Assembly: GCF_964204645.1 (NCBI RefSeq)
Contig: NC_134033.1
Location: 4,488,231 to 4,552,230 of the forward strand
From: Tubulanus polymorphus
Taxonomy: Eukaryota; Animalia; Nemertea
Length of the DNA stretch: 64,000 nucleotides
Direction: 5' to 3'
A program made the translations under genes and the position numbers. The notes beneath the pieces are model-generated. The model was not told the origin of the DNA. It worked only from the letters and a program-made list of their open reading frames with translations, and did not search any database. Position 1 is the first letter of the stretch. The number at the start of each line of letters is the position of its first letter. Shown here in pieces: positions 36,493 through 49,805 of the stretch.

Positions 36493-39400
36493 GTTGATGA
36501 GGTTGATAATCCAGGGAAGTTCGGTGACAGCACGAGTCCACAATCTACAGCGTTCTTTGTGTTTCCACCAATAAAACCTGGATTCAGTTGACTTTGTTTT
36601 AATTTCTGACATTTACGTCGTAATACAATCATTAGTGGTGTCCTCCAGAATTCATATTTAGTGAGTAACAATTTCACATGGTTTAATACGAGACTGGTAT
36701 TTAACACGTGACTAGTGAGACTTATCACTGAACAGGGATTCGTAGCTCCACGATAACATCTGTTAATTTGATATTCGTGTTCTGATAATACATCTATGTT
36801 TTCTATCGGTAGACGTCGATTTGCAGGTGTAATCACAAGACAGTATGACGTCATAGTGATTTGACGTTCTCCTTCCTGTAGAACATACCCGTCACAGTCA
36901 GTAGGGACAAACTTGAGTCCACCAGTTACTAGGTTATCACCCACGTTGTAAGCGTATGCTACTACAGTAACCGGTCCACCTGATGTAATCAGGCTGACGA
37001 CAGATCGACCGTAGTTTCCCAAACCACCAGCAGGACAATACGGACCATAGCGTCTAGCTGTGAAATTACTACCATCAAATATATAAAAACCAGCTCTCTC
37101 ACATTTCTCTGATAAAACTGTTAGTTTTAATTCCTGAGTTCCTAATCTATACTCATAGATGTCGATTTTCGAGCTGAGTGCAAATCTACTGATACGATAT
37201 TGTAACTTCTGTTTCGGATAACGGGGGAACAGACTGTGATAGTACACTGAATGAGCATTTCGAACCTACAATAGATGCAAACATAGAGTAAATCATCGGT
37301 TTTCAATTATCATTCATGTCTTATTTTTCGTTTGCCCCTTAACCGGAAAATATTGCGACTCTGTCGTTAAAGGGTCAATGGCTTATGTTCGTTCAGGTTT
37401 GATTTCAAAAAATTACGATTCATGTGAATTTTACACATTATTTCATCGTTGTCAAACAATTTCAAAACAATATAAAAAATTTAAAATATATTTTCATGCT
37501 GTTTCAACTCACTTTTTCATCTTCCATTTTGACGTCTGTTTCCTTCAATGATTCTATTTTGTATTCGATCGATGTTAAATTCCTCAACGATTTTCCGAAA
37601 AGATTCTCTGATAACAGTAAACACAATATCACGAGAAATCCGTCAGATTTTACGCCTAACGATTCCAGGTAGTTTTCGCCGAGTAAAATATCAGTTCCGA
37701 CAACCGTTAAACCTTCCAGTTTATAAACACCGATGACGTCACCGGAAGTGACGAGATCACGTGACCAGTTGAAGACGACGTACTGCAGTATTTCAGCTGT
37801 GATAGACCAGCAGTATAAGCGTTTAGACTGAGTTATTACGTGCGGCCTATCACCAGGAATGAGCACTCCGGATTTGTTTTTACAGATCGGAATCGATGGT
37901 TTCGAAATATTCCAATCTGATATTCTATACAGTTTTACAAATAGATTAGTTTTGAGATTTAATCCGGCCTGTTTCATTGAAAAAGTGACGACAGCTCTGT
38001 TACTTTTCGTGTAAATAGAGATGGGCGGATGTCCGGTTTGTTCCCGTATATTCGTTATAGGTTCACTTGTGTTCCATCCGTCATAAATTTGAACGGTCAA
38101 ATCTAAACCTGGTTGTTCTAAACTTAAGTTTATTTTCTCAAAAGTCAGATTCATGCCGAAACCCTCTGGTAACCCGGACCACTCGAGCTGCAGGAAATGA
38201 CATATTCTATTCATGCCGATGGCAAATTTGTAACCAGTTTCAAAAGTTTGTGATTGTTTTATCCTATTTGAGGGACAGTCGTGAACAGTTTTTAGATGAT
38301 TTTCCTCCAAACGATAAAAAACATAAACTCGACTTCCTTTCACAACATCATTTACATCACTCTTAAACATCAACGTTAATGAATAACTGCGGTAAATATC
38401 TAATTGTTTTCCATCACCGCACAGTAAGTTATCAGAATCGCTGATGTGAAGATAGTTATCTCTACAGAATATCGAAGGCTCGATGTCGTAGTAAACTTGG
38501 ACGCGAAAGGTACCCGGTAAAGAACTGTTGACGAACCAACGACATTCAACACCGCGCGTAAACGACGGATAATTCGGTGAAACGATGTAACCGGACGTAG
38601 AATCGAGTGAAAACCACGTGTTGTTACACCGTGAACTGACAGTTACAGACGGTTGATCGGTAGAGATCCGATCAGTCGTCTGAACCGACGACAATTTCAT
38701 TAGCAGAATGAGTAATAACGTTAAGAGACTGCGCGTCATGTTGACATTCTCCTCGATCAGTTTAACTCTAAACACAGCGAATAGATTTTAATCCAATTAA
38801 TGTTGGGCGTCTCCGTGTGAGTGAGAGAGAGAGAGCGGTAGAGAGGATGAGTCAGACTACACGGCGCTCACTAAAAATTAAATTCGATAATCTACGAAAC
38901 CGAGTAATGATTAACGAGATTAAAAATCTCATTCGATATTCAGTGCATAGGCTGTTCTATATTTATATATTTATACATACAATTTAGAAACGTCCTCCGT
39001 CCAGTGGTAAACCGACAACGCTACTGCGGCAAGCCAGGATTCAGAGATAATCCTCCAGGTGTCGCTAGTGGCACTGGGTTACCGCACTGCAAAGTTATTT
39101 TTCACAAGAGACCAGCGCATGCACAGTAATAAACACCACGACTATCAGACGATCCCTATTTTGATTGTCGATAGAAAATGGCGGCTTTTTTGATAGTTGT
39201 TATTCCATCTATAGAGAGTACGGAGCATAAGGGCATGAGGTTTATACTAGGGTCCAAAGGGTCAGAGTTAGGTTAGGGTTCGAGTAGGCTTAGGTTTAGT
39301 ATTAGTGTTTTAACGGGAAAAATAATAGGTAAAGAATGTAAGTATAGTTAAAAGTTGCTAAGCCGGCACTCGAGCTTGTATGTTCGAATCCCATTTTTAG

Positions 39401-40420
39401 AATATCAACTTCCAATTTTCCAAGAGGACTAAACATACTGAAAAACTGATAAAGATAATTATTTAAGAACTATTTTATTATATTAATGTGATGATATCTT
39501 AACTGCTGAAAAGTGAACTATCTGCAATTAACGACTTTGCAGTTGCTCATTCTTACCGGAAATATCTGGCCGTATTATAGATGATCGTAATCATCTTAGA
39601 AATAAAGGGCAATGCCACCGCCCTTTACATCATTCGAGTGGCTTTTGAAAATACTATTGTAGTCAGGAGATTATTGTTATGGGCATTATCATTACTCCAA
39701 GTCTCAGTAAGTTCTATGATAGAAAAATCGGATTTTATACAATTGATGTAGTCAGTGAAAGAATCAAAATTTTTGTTGCAACTTCGAATGTTAAAGGTGC
39801 AATTTGAAAATTGACTTTTATCGAATTCAAAGTTATTTTCATCATACTGACAATCAGAAAATCATTTCTGAAAATAATGCAGTTAAGCACCCTGGATTTT
39901 TATGCGCGCTTTAAACTGAACACAGATTTTCATATCGCTCCCATGTCCCATTACAGTGGCAAATTTGAGAGATGTTTTTTGCATCCTTGAAAACTATAGA
40001 TTCATACGGTTTAAATGTTGTTAAAACTGTCAACTTCCATCAATGGACCAAAGAAACGTGATACAGGACAAAAGTGCCCTAACAAAATGGCGGCTATAGT
40101 AATTGTACGTTTTTTTAACCTTGTTATAACGAGTTCGGATATAAAGATTTATCAGTCATTACGAACCGAGAATTTCATCCCAAATCGGATAATTTCAATA
40201 TATTCACACCGGATAAGCCGGGTGACGATGGTCTGCAATCTCGGGGTACGCGATAAAAGAAGTCCTGTTTGGTAGGCGCTGTCTGAACTGTGGTTCATCC
40301 TGATATTTTGAAATATCGTATTATGTGTTATATCTGAACGTGATTTTTGTTAAGTGAAGCGGTTATCTTTTAAGCTACATTGTAGAGGAAATAAGTTATA
40401 ATCATTCATCAATACTATCA

Positions 40421-43400
40421 TCATTTTATTGGTTGTCGTTTTCTGCGTTTATTTCGAGCTCGTATGGATTTCATATCGATAGTTAGAATAGTGTAAAGAA
40501 GCGGGTTCAGAGTTGAGTTTATCGGCAAGAAAAGAACGGCCAGCCAAGCGGCAACCTGGTTCGGTATCTCGACCGAAAGAACGGCGCAAAACTGAACGAT
40601 TATCAACGGTAACCAGCAAAATAAATTACACAAATTGATGACTAAACTGCGTCGAGCTAGAACGAGTTCTGTAGGATCGGCTCTACCCGAACCGGACCTG
40701 CTTCCGGATACATACTTGTACATCTGCGCGTACGACATCATTATCAGAGTGAGAATGATCGCGTTTAATACAGCGAATATAGCGAACGAATATTGCCAAC
40801 CATTGACATTTATAGATATTAAATTCATAGGTAAACAGATACCCGTACTACCATAAAAATTATCACCGAAATACGACGACCGAGACAGCGGCAGAAAGGC
40901 GATTAAACTCAGAAATATCCAGCATAAACAAGATAGAATCGAAATGATATTTGAGGATAAAACCGGGTTACCGGAAAATGGGTCGATTATATTCGAATAT
41001 CTGAAACGCGTGAGGAGAAGGAGAAATGTTAAAGAGCCTTCGCAAGATATCGTCACCACAATTCCGGCGACACCGCATAATGAACTACGAGTCCAAATTT
41101 CAGAATTCAGAAAATAAACACCTTTATAAACGTGATCAGTTGCAGCGATCAGAAACAGATAAACAGACATCAGCAAATCACAAAGCGCGATATAAATGAT
41201 GAGGATATCCGACGATCTATTTTGCGTTTCTGACGAAACTCGAATCGACCTAAAACGAAATAAGATAACGGTAATATTGGAAGCGCAAGTAAAACAAGCG
41301 ATGATCCAGATAACAGCTGTGAGGACAGTGTTCTCAATGAGGTCTGAACACGATGAGAATCGGTCAGGATCCGGGAGACACCGGTCAATATTCGGCGCCA
41401 TACAACAGAATTTATACGCTTCCGAAGCGAGAAAATATAAAGACGTCAGATTATCGAAGATATTATTTTCCGTAGTAATGATCCGAGAATTGTTAGTGAA
41501 ATCTAGAACTCCCAGTGACCTCAACCCAGTAAACGCGTATCTGGATATTGATTCGATTACGTTACTGCTGATATTCAAATATTTCAGCGCTGGTAAACCT
41601 CGGAATACGTTACGAGTAAGAATCGATATAGAGAGTTCACGGAGATCCATAACCGGAAGTGACGTCAAACCATTGAAGCTTCCATCGTTCAAATATCTCA
41701 GCGGATTTCCGGCGAGTAAAAGTTGTTTCAAACTGTTTAAACCAGTGAATGTATCAGCGTGTAGTGATACTAGGCGATTATACGACAGATCTAATGTATT
41801 TAGATTGCGTAGATTAGAAAACGCGTTGGAGACAATGTCAGATAAATCATTACGGGAAATATTGAGTAAGAAAAGGTACAGAAAAGAGGAAAATGTCGAT
41901 TCATTGAATCTAACTCGGTTATTCGATAAAATCAAAATTCGAGTCGACGCGGCAAAAATTCGAGAAATATCCGATAAAAAAGTATTTTCACAATCGATGA
42001 AACGACCTTGACATTTACAATAGTTAGGACACGTGACGTCGCAGTAAGCCTCGTCATCCGAGTTATGTTTACAATTCACGACGCCATCGCAAACTTCCGA
42101 CTGAGGAATACATCGATGTTCGTCACCCCATTTAAACATTCCCGGACACGAAAACGTTTCGCAATTGAATTCATCTTCTGAATTGGGACAATCTGATCGA
42201 CCATCGCACACGTGTCTAATCGGTATACAGTAAGACGATGGACATTTCACTATACCAGCTGGACATTCAAACTCATTACAATTCAGTAAATGTTCGAGTC
42301 TTCTACAAACAGGAAAACCTGTCGGCATTCTTTCTAAAATACATCTATCTCTTCTCGCGTAACAATGAGGAGAATCGAATGAACATCTTTGTTTATCCGA
42401 TTCTGTACACAGTGAAGTGAAATTGGTCGTGCAGTAGTTCTCTGTAGTGCAGTGAATTTGTGGTTTGATTGTTACATTGGTCGTTACTATTTCGTCTTCT
42501 TCGAGGTCACCGCCACAATCTACAACACCATCTCGATACAACAGAGAACTGATACATTCGCCATTTACGCACAATAACCCGTTACATTCGTCCGAAGAGC
42601 AGCCGATCTCATCGGATTTATCTCGACCATCAACCAGTCCATCGCATCGTTTATATTTACCCACACATTGTCCGTCGTTACACTTAAATTGATCAGAGGA
42701 ACATGAAATATGATAGCACGAGTTCTCATCCGAGCCATCGATGCAATCTCTCATAAAGTCACAGAAACTGCTAATCGATATAACCTGTCCATCGTCACAG
42801 CGGAACTGACTGTGTAAATTGATATCCGTACAATTGAGTTCATCTTCACCGTGTTGACAGTCGTTTCTGGTATCACATGCGCGATGGTCGCTGATACATC
42901 TTTGATCGTTACATTCAAACTGCCACGATTTACAACCGCTTATAGAAGCTAACTCTTCACCAGTTACATTATAGGTACATAACACGGCATGAGCTTCATC
43001 TGTGACATTATCGAAGGCAGTCACTGACCATTTCACTGTTTGAAAATATGTTATCCAATCTCTAATTACAACTGGTTTTATTACCACAATTCTTCCGCTT
43101 GTATGATTAGTCAGTATAGCGCAGCGCCGTATTGATGCTGATAGTCGAAAACATTTATCAAATACTGAATTTCAATACTAGATGTTATTATACCTATGTC
43201 TCCACCGATTGTAAGACACATTTCTCTAGCTTTGTGGATTGTTAAACTTTCAGTATGGAGTGTTTGCCAGTCTGTAAGTATCTGATAGCAATGCGCTTCT
43301 ATACGAATCCACCCACTTAAACAAGTGGAGTTAAATCGTTCAAAGCTTTTCCGCTTTATTCCTGTTGTATCGTTTTGTGAAGATGCATTAAAATCGATTC

Positions 43401-44261
43401 TTTCTGTTTCACAAATGAATGTCGTGTGCGTCTCCTCGATTTGACACGGGAATCGAACCCAGTTCGCCGATCCTCGTGGATTATTCAGCATCATCGCCGT
43501 ACACGGCATATTGACGTCATTTATCGGTTGTTTTCTTAGCGGAGATATCAATCCTCGAATAACTTCTGGTATCGTTTCATTAACAGCAGCAGGTTTAAAC
43601 CATTCTGTGTAACTGAACGGTTTCCCATCAGACCACGAGTAATAACTAATGGACTCCTTTAATTAAAAAACAAATAAACAAACACTTGTTAAACATTGCT
43701 GAAAACTCATTTTTCATTTTTTCGGTGCCATTTTTGGAACAATTTAATATTTTTCAACATGGCAAGAACATTGATCATAATCATCAAAGCTCAATTAGAT
43801 GATTAATATTTGATATGTATTTTACCTGCCATCTCAATCCAATCATCACAATAAGCCTCGCCTGTGAATATGCCTCATGAAGCAGTTTTGTAGCGAACAG
43901 CTTTTTCACGGCCATCATTTCTTGTTCAGAGTTGATACTGAGAAGATGTCCTCCATATTTCTGTTGACAGTAAATTTCAGCGTTCTCCCAATTCAGACGT
44001 TCACGTTTAATGTATCTGATACACGAGACGCCTGAATCTAGGAAATCTGTTCGGCAGCCATTAATTCGATTTTTCAGTAAAGGCGATTGTTCTAAAGTGT
44101 ATTGAATTCGAAATATTGGCATGAAATCTGACAGCTCGAAATACAAGTCATACCCGAGTAGACTGTACAATACAAGTCCTGCTACTGCGTTATTTTCACA
44201 TATTTTTGTTATATGACGGGTTTCTGTAAACGTGGAAAATAAATTGTTCGGATCATCAAAT
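40421..44261 (-). pseudogene. GRL101-like copy C: 5'-truncated (part of exon 2 + exon 3: CTL-LDLa-LRR-7TM)
   Basis: Exon remnant 44261-43826 and exon 43656-40421. A 5-bp duplication (agcgc) at ~43118-43127 shifts the frame. Lost cysteines (VDGRDK, FKWGDE). Confidence 0.9.
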
Positions 44262-44600
44262 TTAAAGCCTGAAAGTACATAATTAATAACACTTTTACCT
44301 TTCGGCTTGCGGAAAGTGTATTTGCCACACTTTTTGTCGTCGTGAGATCTGTTATTTAGTATCAGTAAATCACAACCCATACAAATATTAATGAGGTTTC
44401 GCAGTGCGTGATCAGCTCTTACTATTGAATCTTGTGAAATTCTATCTGAATTAATGTTACACCTGTCAAGTATGTTCATATAGATTAGAATTGAGCGCAT
44501 ATCAACGTTTGTGTATAAAAGCTCATTAAAATCACACACGTCCATTGAAACTACCAACCGTTTTTGATTCACGCAATCAGCTTCTTGTTTCATCCAAACA
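44262..44600 (-). mobile_element. LINE APE-endonuclease C-terminal fragment at the 5' breakpoint of copy C
   Basis: LINICMGCDLLILNNRSHDDKKCGKYTF...GKSVINYVLS matches the LINE EN pattern L.LC....L.ILNGR...D..G.FT....G.SVIDY. Confidence 0.75.
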
Positions 44601-44931
44601 CGATCAATCTAAGTTGAGAATCGTTCAGCTCAATTTCATTTACGATTCGCAGTCGTGTCTTTTCTCTGCATCGGTTTGAGATGTGGCGCCAATCCTTCGT
44701 AAGTCGATTTCTTCTTCTGATCGTCTGCACCGGTAAGTCGAATTGAACTAATCGTTAATTTAAATTCATTTCATAAGAAAGTACGTTAACAATATTTACA
44801 AACAGAACACAAATTGAGACGGTATTTTAACTACCGTCAAGCAAAGGCCAAAAGCAACGCACCCTTGAAAGGAAATTGTGGGAGAAACAAGAATAATGGA
44901 AAATATATTTTTGCTCTCTTGGCAATCTCTT

Positions 44932-45183
44932 GATGAGGAGAGAATCCCACAATGATAATAAAAAGTCCGAAAATGAAACTTCGATATAGTAGTTTATTTC
45001 AACGTTTCGACTATATCCTAATAGTCATCTTCAGGAATAACTTTATTCCTGAAGATGACTATTAGGATATAGTCGAAACGTTGAAATAAACTACTATCTC
45101 GAAGTTTCATTTTCGGACTTTTTATTATCATTGTGGGATTCTCTCCTCATCGCGTCAACACGGATATAGTGTTCTACCAATCG
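44932..45183 (+). mobile_element. Short Penelope-type insertion: inverted + direct pLTR fragment forming a 220-bp palindrome, with 13-bp TSD
   Basis: Arms 44932-45040 and 45043-45151 (1 mismatch seen). TSD ttggcaatctctt at 44919-44931 and 45184-45196. The same family occurs on the minus strand at 61323+. Confidence 0.88.
45043..45090 (+). ncRNA. Minimal type I hammerhead ribozyme (mirror copy on minus strand at ~44993-45040)
   Basis: ttattc-CUGAAGA-ugacuau..auagucg (stem II)-GAAA-CG-UU-gaaauaa. The palindromic ACGU stem III is typical of PLE hammerheads. Confidence 0.8.
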
Positions 45184-45344
45184 TTGGCAATCTCTTGTTC
45201 TTTCTCTCTTAGTCTCTTGCTCTTTGTACATTTTTATAGAAGCCTCGATACTAACAGCGTGGTTATAATGGTTGTAGATATTCGAGTCTATTTTCGGTCT
45301 GGATTGTAGTTATTTCACCCACAATCTCACTTTCGAAGAATTCT

Positions 45345-45395
45345 CTGAATATGGGTGGAAGTAATATCCTGCCGAAACGTCAGAACAAAATAATA
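45345..45395 (+). ncRNA. Degenerate PLE-type hammerhead remnant of a different family
   Basis: ct-ctgaata-tgggtgga..cctgcc-gaaacgtc-agaa; the core CUGANGA is mutated to CUGAAUA. Confidence 0.5.
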
Positions 45396-46482
45396 ACAAA
45401 TGTTTTTTTTTTCTAATTTATTTACGTGGAAGAAATAACCATATTTAGCAGCTTTTCACACTTAACTATTCAGAGCACATGTCCACAGTTGTGAGATAGA
45501 GTTAACTTAGAGTTAAAATCAGTTCATTTTCGATGTTCTAACTGAAGAGTCGAATTAATTTTAGAACTCTGGAACTGGATACAGAACGTTCGTTTGGAGA
45601 TTTATTCCGTGATCAAATAGAACGGACCAAGCGAAGATCAAATAAGATCCGTTCTAAAATTTCGAATTGGTCATTTCTCGTTGTGTCAATTATAGGAATG
45701 GCTTGTCGGCTGGTCTAATTCAATAATCATTTTGTATCGTACAGGGAAATGTTAATCATCCAAAGATTTATATATTGTATTCTCTCATGCTAATACGAGT
45801 ATAAACTCTTTTAAACCGTCCGTAAAGAAAGGACTTATGGTCAATTTAGGATTCGTTTTAGCCTTTTTGATAACCGGAATAAATATTCTTTAACGCACAT
45901 TGGAAGGTTTATAAATGAGAGGGAAGAAGGAAAAATAGTTTCCAAAAAGATTGTTTATTAGAGGTGTTTTAAATCGAAAGAAATGAAACAGGGAAAAATA
46001 TGAATAATACATAATTTTTTTTCCTAAATTGAAAAATAAAGAGCAGTAAATATGTTGGTGAATTGACTTAAAATCAAGGAACCTAACTTTGAAGCTAGGG
46101 CTGCAAATCCTTAGATTGAAACTTTTGAGGGAGGAATTTTTTGTCATGTTAAAAAATTAAGTGAAGTTGAAGAGAAAAATGGAAAACAATCCTAGTAACT
46201 AATGAAGCCTGATTATTACGTGCGGTTCATGCCAATCAACATGTCGTCATTTGGGAGCACGCGGTTACAAGAAATTGTAATTTCATCGAATTTTTAGTTC
46301 GATTTTGCAAATTTACCCAAAATTTGTTTGCGCTGAATGGCGTCATATTTATCTGTGTATAACTTGCGTTTGAAGTACAGTTTAGGATCATTTAATGACG
46401 ACGGTAGTTGGCAGGGAGAAAACTGGAGTTCGTTATATGTTTATATGTTATATGAAAGGTAACTATAGCCCGATTATTTCAG

Positions 46483-47671
46483 ATCGTTTCATCGCGTCTC
46501 CTGAACGTTTTCCTGAATCTGGAATGTCGAATCCCGAATCTGGGATAACGAGTATCACACGTGAGATGCCTGGTCGAAAAATTCCCGGAAGAGGCGACAT
46601 AAATAACACCCAATTGATCGGAGATTACAAGGTGGCATCAGAGCAAATAGATGAAGATGGGGATTTAGTTCGAGTTTGTCCAGTCACGGGTTGTTTGGCT
46701 AATTTATGTACTTGCGCACTGTTCAACAACTGTTGTGACCTGATTGGAAAGTGCGTCATAAGAAGCGACGCGGACGAATTGAGATGAAACAAAACGATAC
46801 AACAAATTCAATGGACCGACTGTATATACGGAATCGGAATCGAGACGTATCAGTCAAATGGTTTTATAGCGATCAGTCGGTGCCCGAGTGATTTCGACTT
46901 AAATTCAGACGTGCGTCGCTATTGCGAATCGCCGTCCAGTAATCTAGCTACGACGATTCCCGTCTACATCGACGACTGGCTTCCCTTTAAGAATATGTAT
47001 TGCGCGATGTGTCACGGGTTCAACGACACTCGATACAAACCGGCTAGTCTCGTCCTGCAGTGCACTAACACCACACGAATCGATGACGTCATCACGAGCG
47101 TGCGCAACGCGTCTTTAAGCGACGATACCGCAAAGGTTCGACTGCCGAAGATTGTCGTTTATCTTACGCGCATCACAGGCAAGTTCGCATGGTTTTACAG
47201 CCGTGCATGCGCAGTAACCTACCCGTGACGTCACACTGCAACGAGTCAGCAGATCAAGACTTAAGGTCTAAATGCAGACGGGTTTTTAACCCGATATCAG
47301 CCGTAGTCGGTGGACGGGTGAAAACATACCGTAATTATTTCTGCATGAAATGTGAACCGAGTGACAGCGTTTTAAACGAATCGACCTTAGTTTGTAACTA
47401 TGATGATCTAACCGGCCAAAAAACATTCGGTTTGAATATCTTACTCGATTTCAGTCTCGCGAACGGCGTAGAATTTCGAACTGCGGGAATGCCCGTCATC
47501 ACGTGGGCGCCGAAAGACTTTCTCTGCTCGGAAACAAACGAAATATTTGACCAGGAAACGCGTAGATGTCGCGGATACGGCTGTTTACGGGGATACCGAC
47601 TCCTGGGTACCGACGAAGCCGTCTGTCGGCTTGTTGACCGATGGTCTCATGCCCGGGACGATGTAATCTAA
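46483..47671 (+). pseudogene. Cys-rich ectodomain exon of an SMB-domain / adhesion (Methuselah-like) GPCR-type gene, disrupted
   Basis: Acceptor ttatttcag at ~46482. SMB-like C..C...C.C...NCC..C, repeats ISRCP...C...PV....FKNMYCAMC and YRNYFCMKC, then ILLDFS...C...IFD....CR...C..GY. In-frame TGA at 46785-46787 and a frameshift at ~47150-47190. No 7TM seen. Confidence 0.65.
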
Positions 47672-49167
47672 TAGGTATGGGCGTGGTTACCAGACTGAAG
47701 ACAGATTAATAACTTGTATTACCTCTAGATGGCAAACTAGTCAAACCTGCTGCTCAGCATTCTCTAGAGATGTCTTACAGTCGTTTAAATGTACTCGTAG
47801 AAAGCTAGCTTCGGAAAATGTAGACACAATTAAAAAAGAAACAGTATCTACTTATCGTCGAACTTCGAAACAAATTGCTACGGTAGGGCATTAGTCAAAT
47901 GTGATTCATTAAACTTATGTTCATAATATAGATGTAGTCAAATACCTAAAGTAGTGTCGTATGGATATACAGTAGAAGTCCTTTAAATGCCACTATTGGG
48001 ACCAATTGAACACACCGCATTATAACAAAATTGACATCTTATACGGAAGCATTTTCGTTTGTGTTGGATTTGGCAGATTTGTTCCCTGAAACACGATGGC
48101 GTTAAGTGAGCGACCACATTAAGTACGATCGTAGTAGTCATCGGTTGGTAGTCTAAGACTACACGAAGAAACAAACTAGTTTCTCAAGAAAGTCAAATAC
48201 CACCCGCGCCATGAAAAAATCCCTAATAAAGACTAAAAAGACAAATGCGCTTTCTTGATGAAAATTAAAACCCGCTCGCCTGCGTAGCTGTATAGTGTCC
48301 ACGACAGTGGTATTTTTATCTGCGGGCGTTAATATGCTCATCCTCGACGTACATGTAATCAACATTTACGGTGACAAAAACAGCGCCAGGTTCGTTTCAT
48401 TTTCCTTATTACGAGGAAGCGTGACACTTGCGAAAATTAGTTTCCATTAAATGAGTCGATATAGTTTGATTTTATAGGTTTTTGGGAGCTACTTAATTCT
48501 AAATAAAGTTTTTTTTTGCATATGTTCTACTTGCATTTAATGGTATTTGTTTGGCATTGGTAAAATAAAAGCTTCCCTCCCGCGTCTGTTCTATAAGTCT
48601 CAGGTTTAGCTTTTTATTTCAACTTTTTTATTCGAAAAAAGGAATAAAAATAAAATTCGCCCGCCTTCGTCACTTTCCAGATAAAAATCTGATGAGAAAC
48701 TAGGGTATTTCTTTGTGGCCTAACAGATATAGTAGCCTAGTAGTGTAAAATAGTCCGATATAGATATATTCATACGTTACTTGTAGTCAAATATATAGTG
48801 GTAAAGTCAATTGTTAAAATGTAGTTTGTTCGTACATATTCATCAATTTACCCCAAGTGAATCTCAATTGCGAATCCTGATCAATCGTGATAATTTTTGG
48901 TTGTACCTCATATAGATAGGACATTACGTATCCACTTCCGTACGTACACGACCACCCACGACCCCATGAAATGTGTGTCCACGGATTTTCTGTTGAAATA
49001 ATAAAATATCGTTCTTTGTCGTTGTATACTTTTTCTTTCTGTTAATATTTTCGAAGCATTTCTTCATCATCATTGAAGATCTCCGAGTGCTCCCGACCAA
49101 ATGCCTATTTGGGAGTATAACCAGGAAAGGTTGTCGTTAGACCCAAGACTAATTCGGTTTATCATAA

Positions 49168-49805
49168 GGCGCGTTCACAAGACAAAATTTAGACCGGTCT
49201 AAATTTGGTTCTAAAAGAGCGAACCAGATTTGGTCCAAATTTTGGACCAGTCTGAATCTACGTGTGTGTGTGGACAGAAATTGGTACCAGGTCCGGTCTA
49301 AATCGTAATTCTGAATCTCTGCGGTAGATGTCGAGACCTTTGCAGTAGAATGTGAGTCCAGTTTATGAAGTTTTAAACGCTTTAATTAACGTTTATGTAA
49401 TTATTTTTAAGTACCGTCTTTCCACCCCCTACCATGGAAATGTTTGGAGCGTATTCGTATTCGTGTCGCTATCATGATCCGTTTTACTTTCGAGTTGTGA
49501 ACCGTGTTTAAACTTACGAGTTACGGCGTGATAGAATAAAATCGAATTCGGGTAAATGTCTAAACGTGACAGAGGATCAAATTGGTGTCTTGCTCTACTT
49601 GGAATCTGGAAGCAAGACTTCATCCAGGCCCAGTTAATTACTTAGCAGATGGTGACATCTCATGGGTCCGGTGACATGCGATTTTATCAACGCGTGTCAA
49701 AACGCCATGTGAACGCTCACCAAAATATGGTCCGGTCTAAATTTGGACTGGACCAGGTACGGACCCATTCAGTCCGGTCTAACTAGTTGCCGTGTGAATG
49801 TGGCT
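49168..49805. mobile_element. Non-autonomous PIF/Harbinger-like DNA transposon
   Basis: Imperfect TIRs ggcgcgttcacaagacaa..tagaccgg / ccggtctaactagttgccgtgtgaatgtggct, flanked by taa/tta. Many internal ggacc/ggtcc repeats. Confidence 0.6.

Larger units (their letters stand above)
27176..38739 (-). pseudogene. GRL101-like copy B: full architecture SP-CUB(s)-CTL(2)-LDLa(~7)-LRRNT-LRR-7TM (~1900 aa if repaired), disrupted
   Basis: Exons 38739-37513, 37265-30580 (split by the Penelope-like insertion at ~31161-36492) and 30407-27176. One extra T at ~30067-30069 versus copy A. LGR hinge YKFCC...FSSCSDLI and TM7 PINSTLNPLLY. Confidence 0.9.

Noticed and set aside
41196-42011. 271-aa plus-strand ORF, and other short ORFs opposite the receptor exons
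   Set aside because: Antisense shadows of LRR/LDLa coding sequence; the long one is broken in the paralog.
4635-48722. One giant transposon bounded by taaggccaca...(4635) and ...tgtggcctaa (48722)
   Set aside because: The ends are short and diverged and more simply explained as fragments of separate copies of a common DNA-transposon family.
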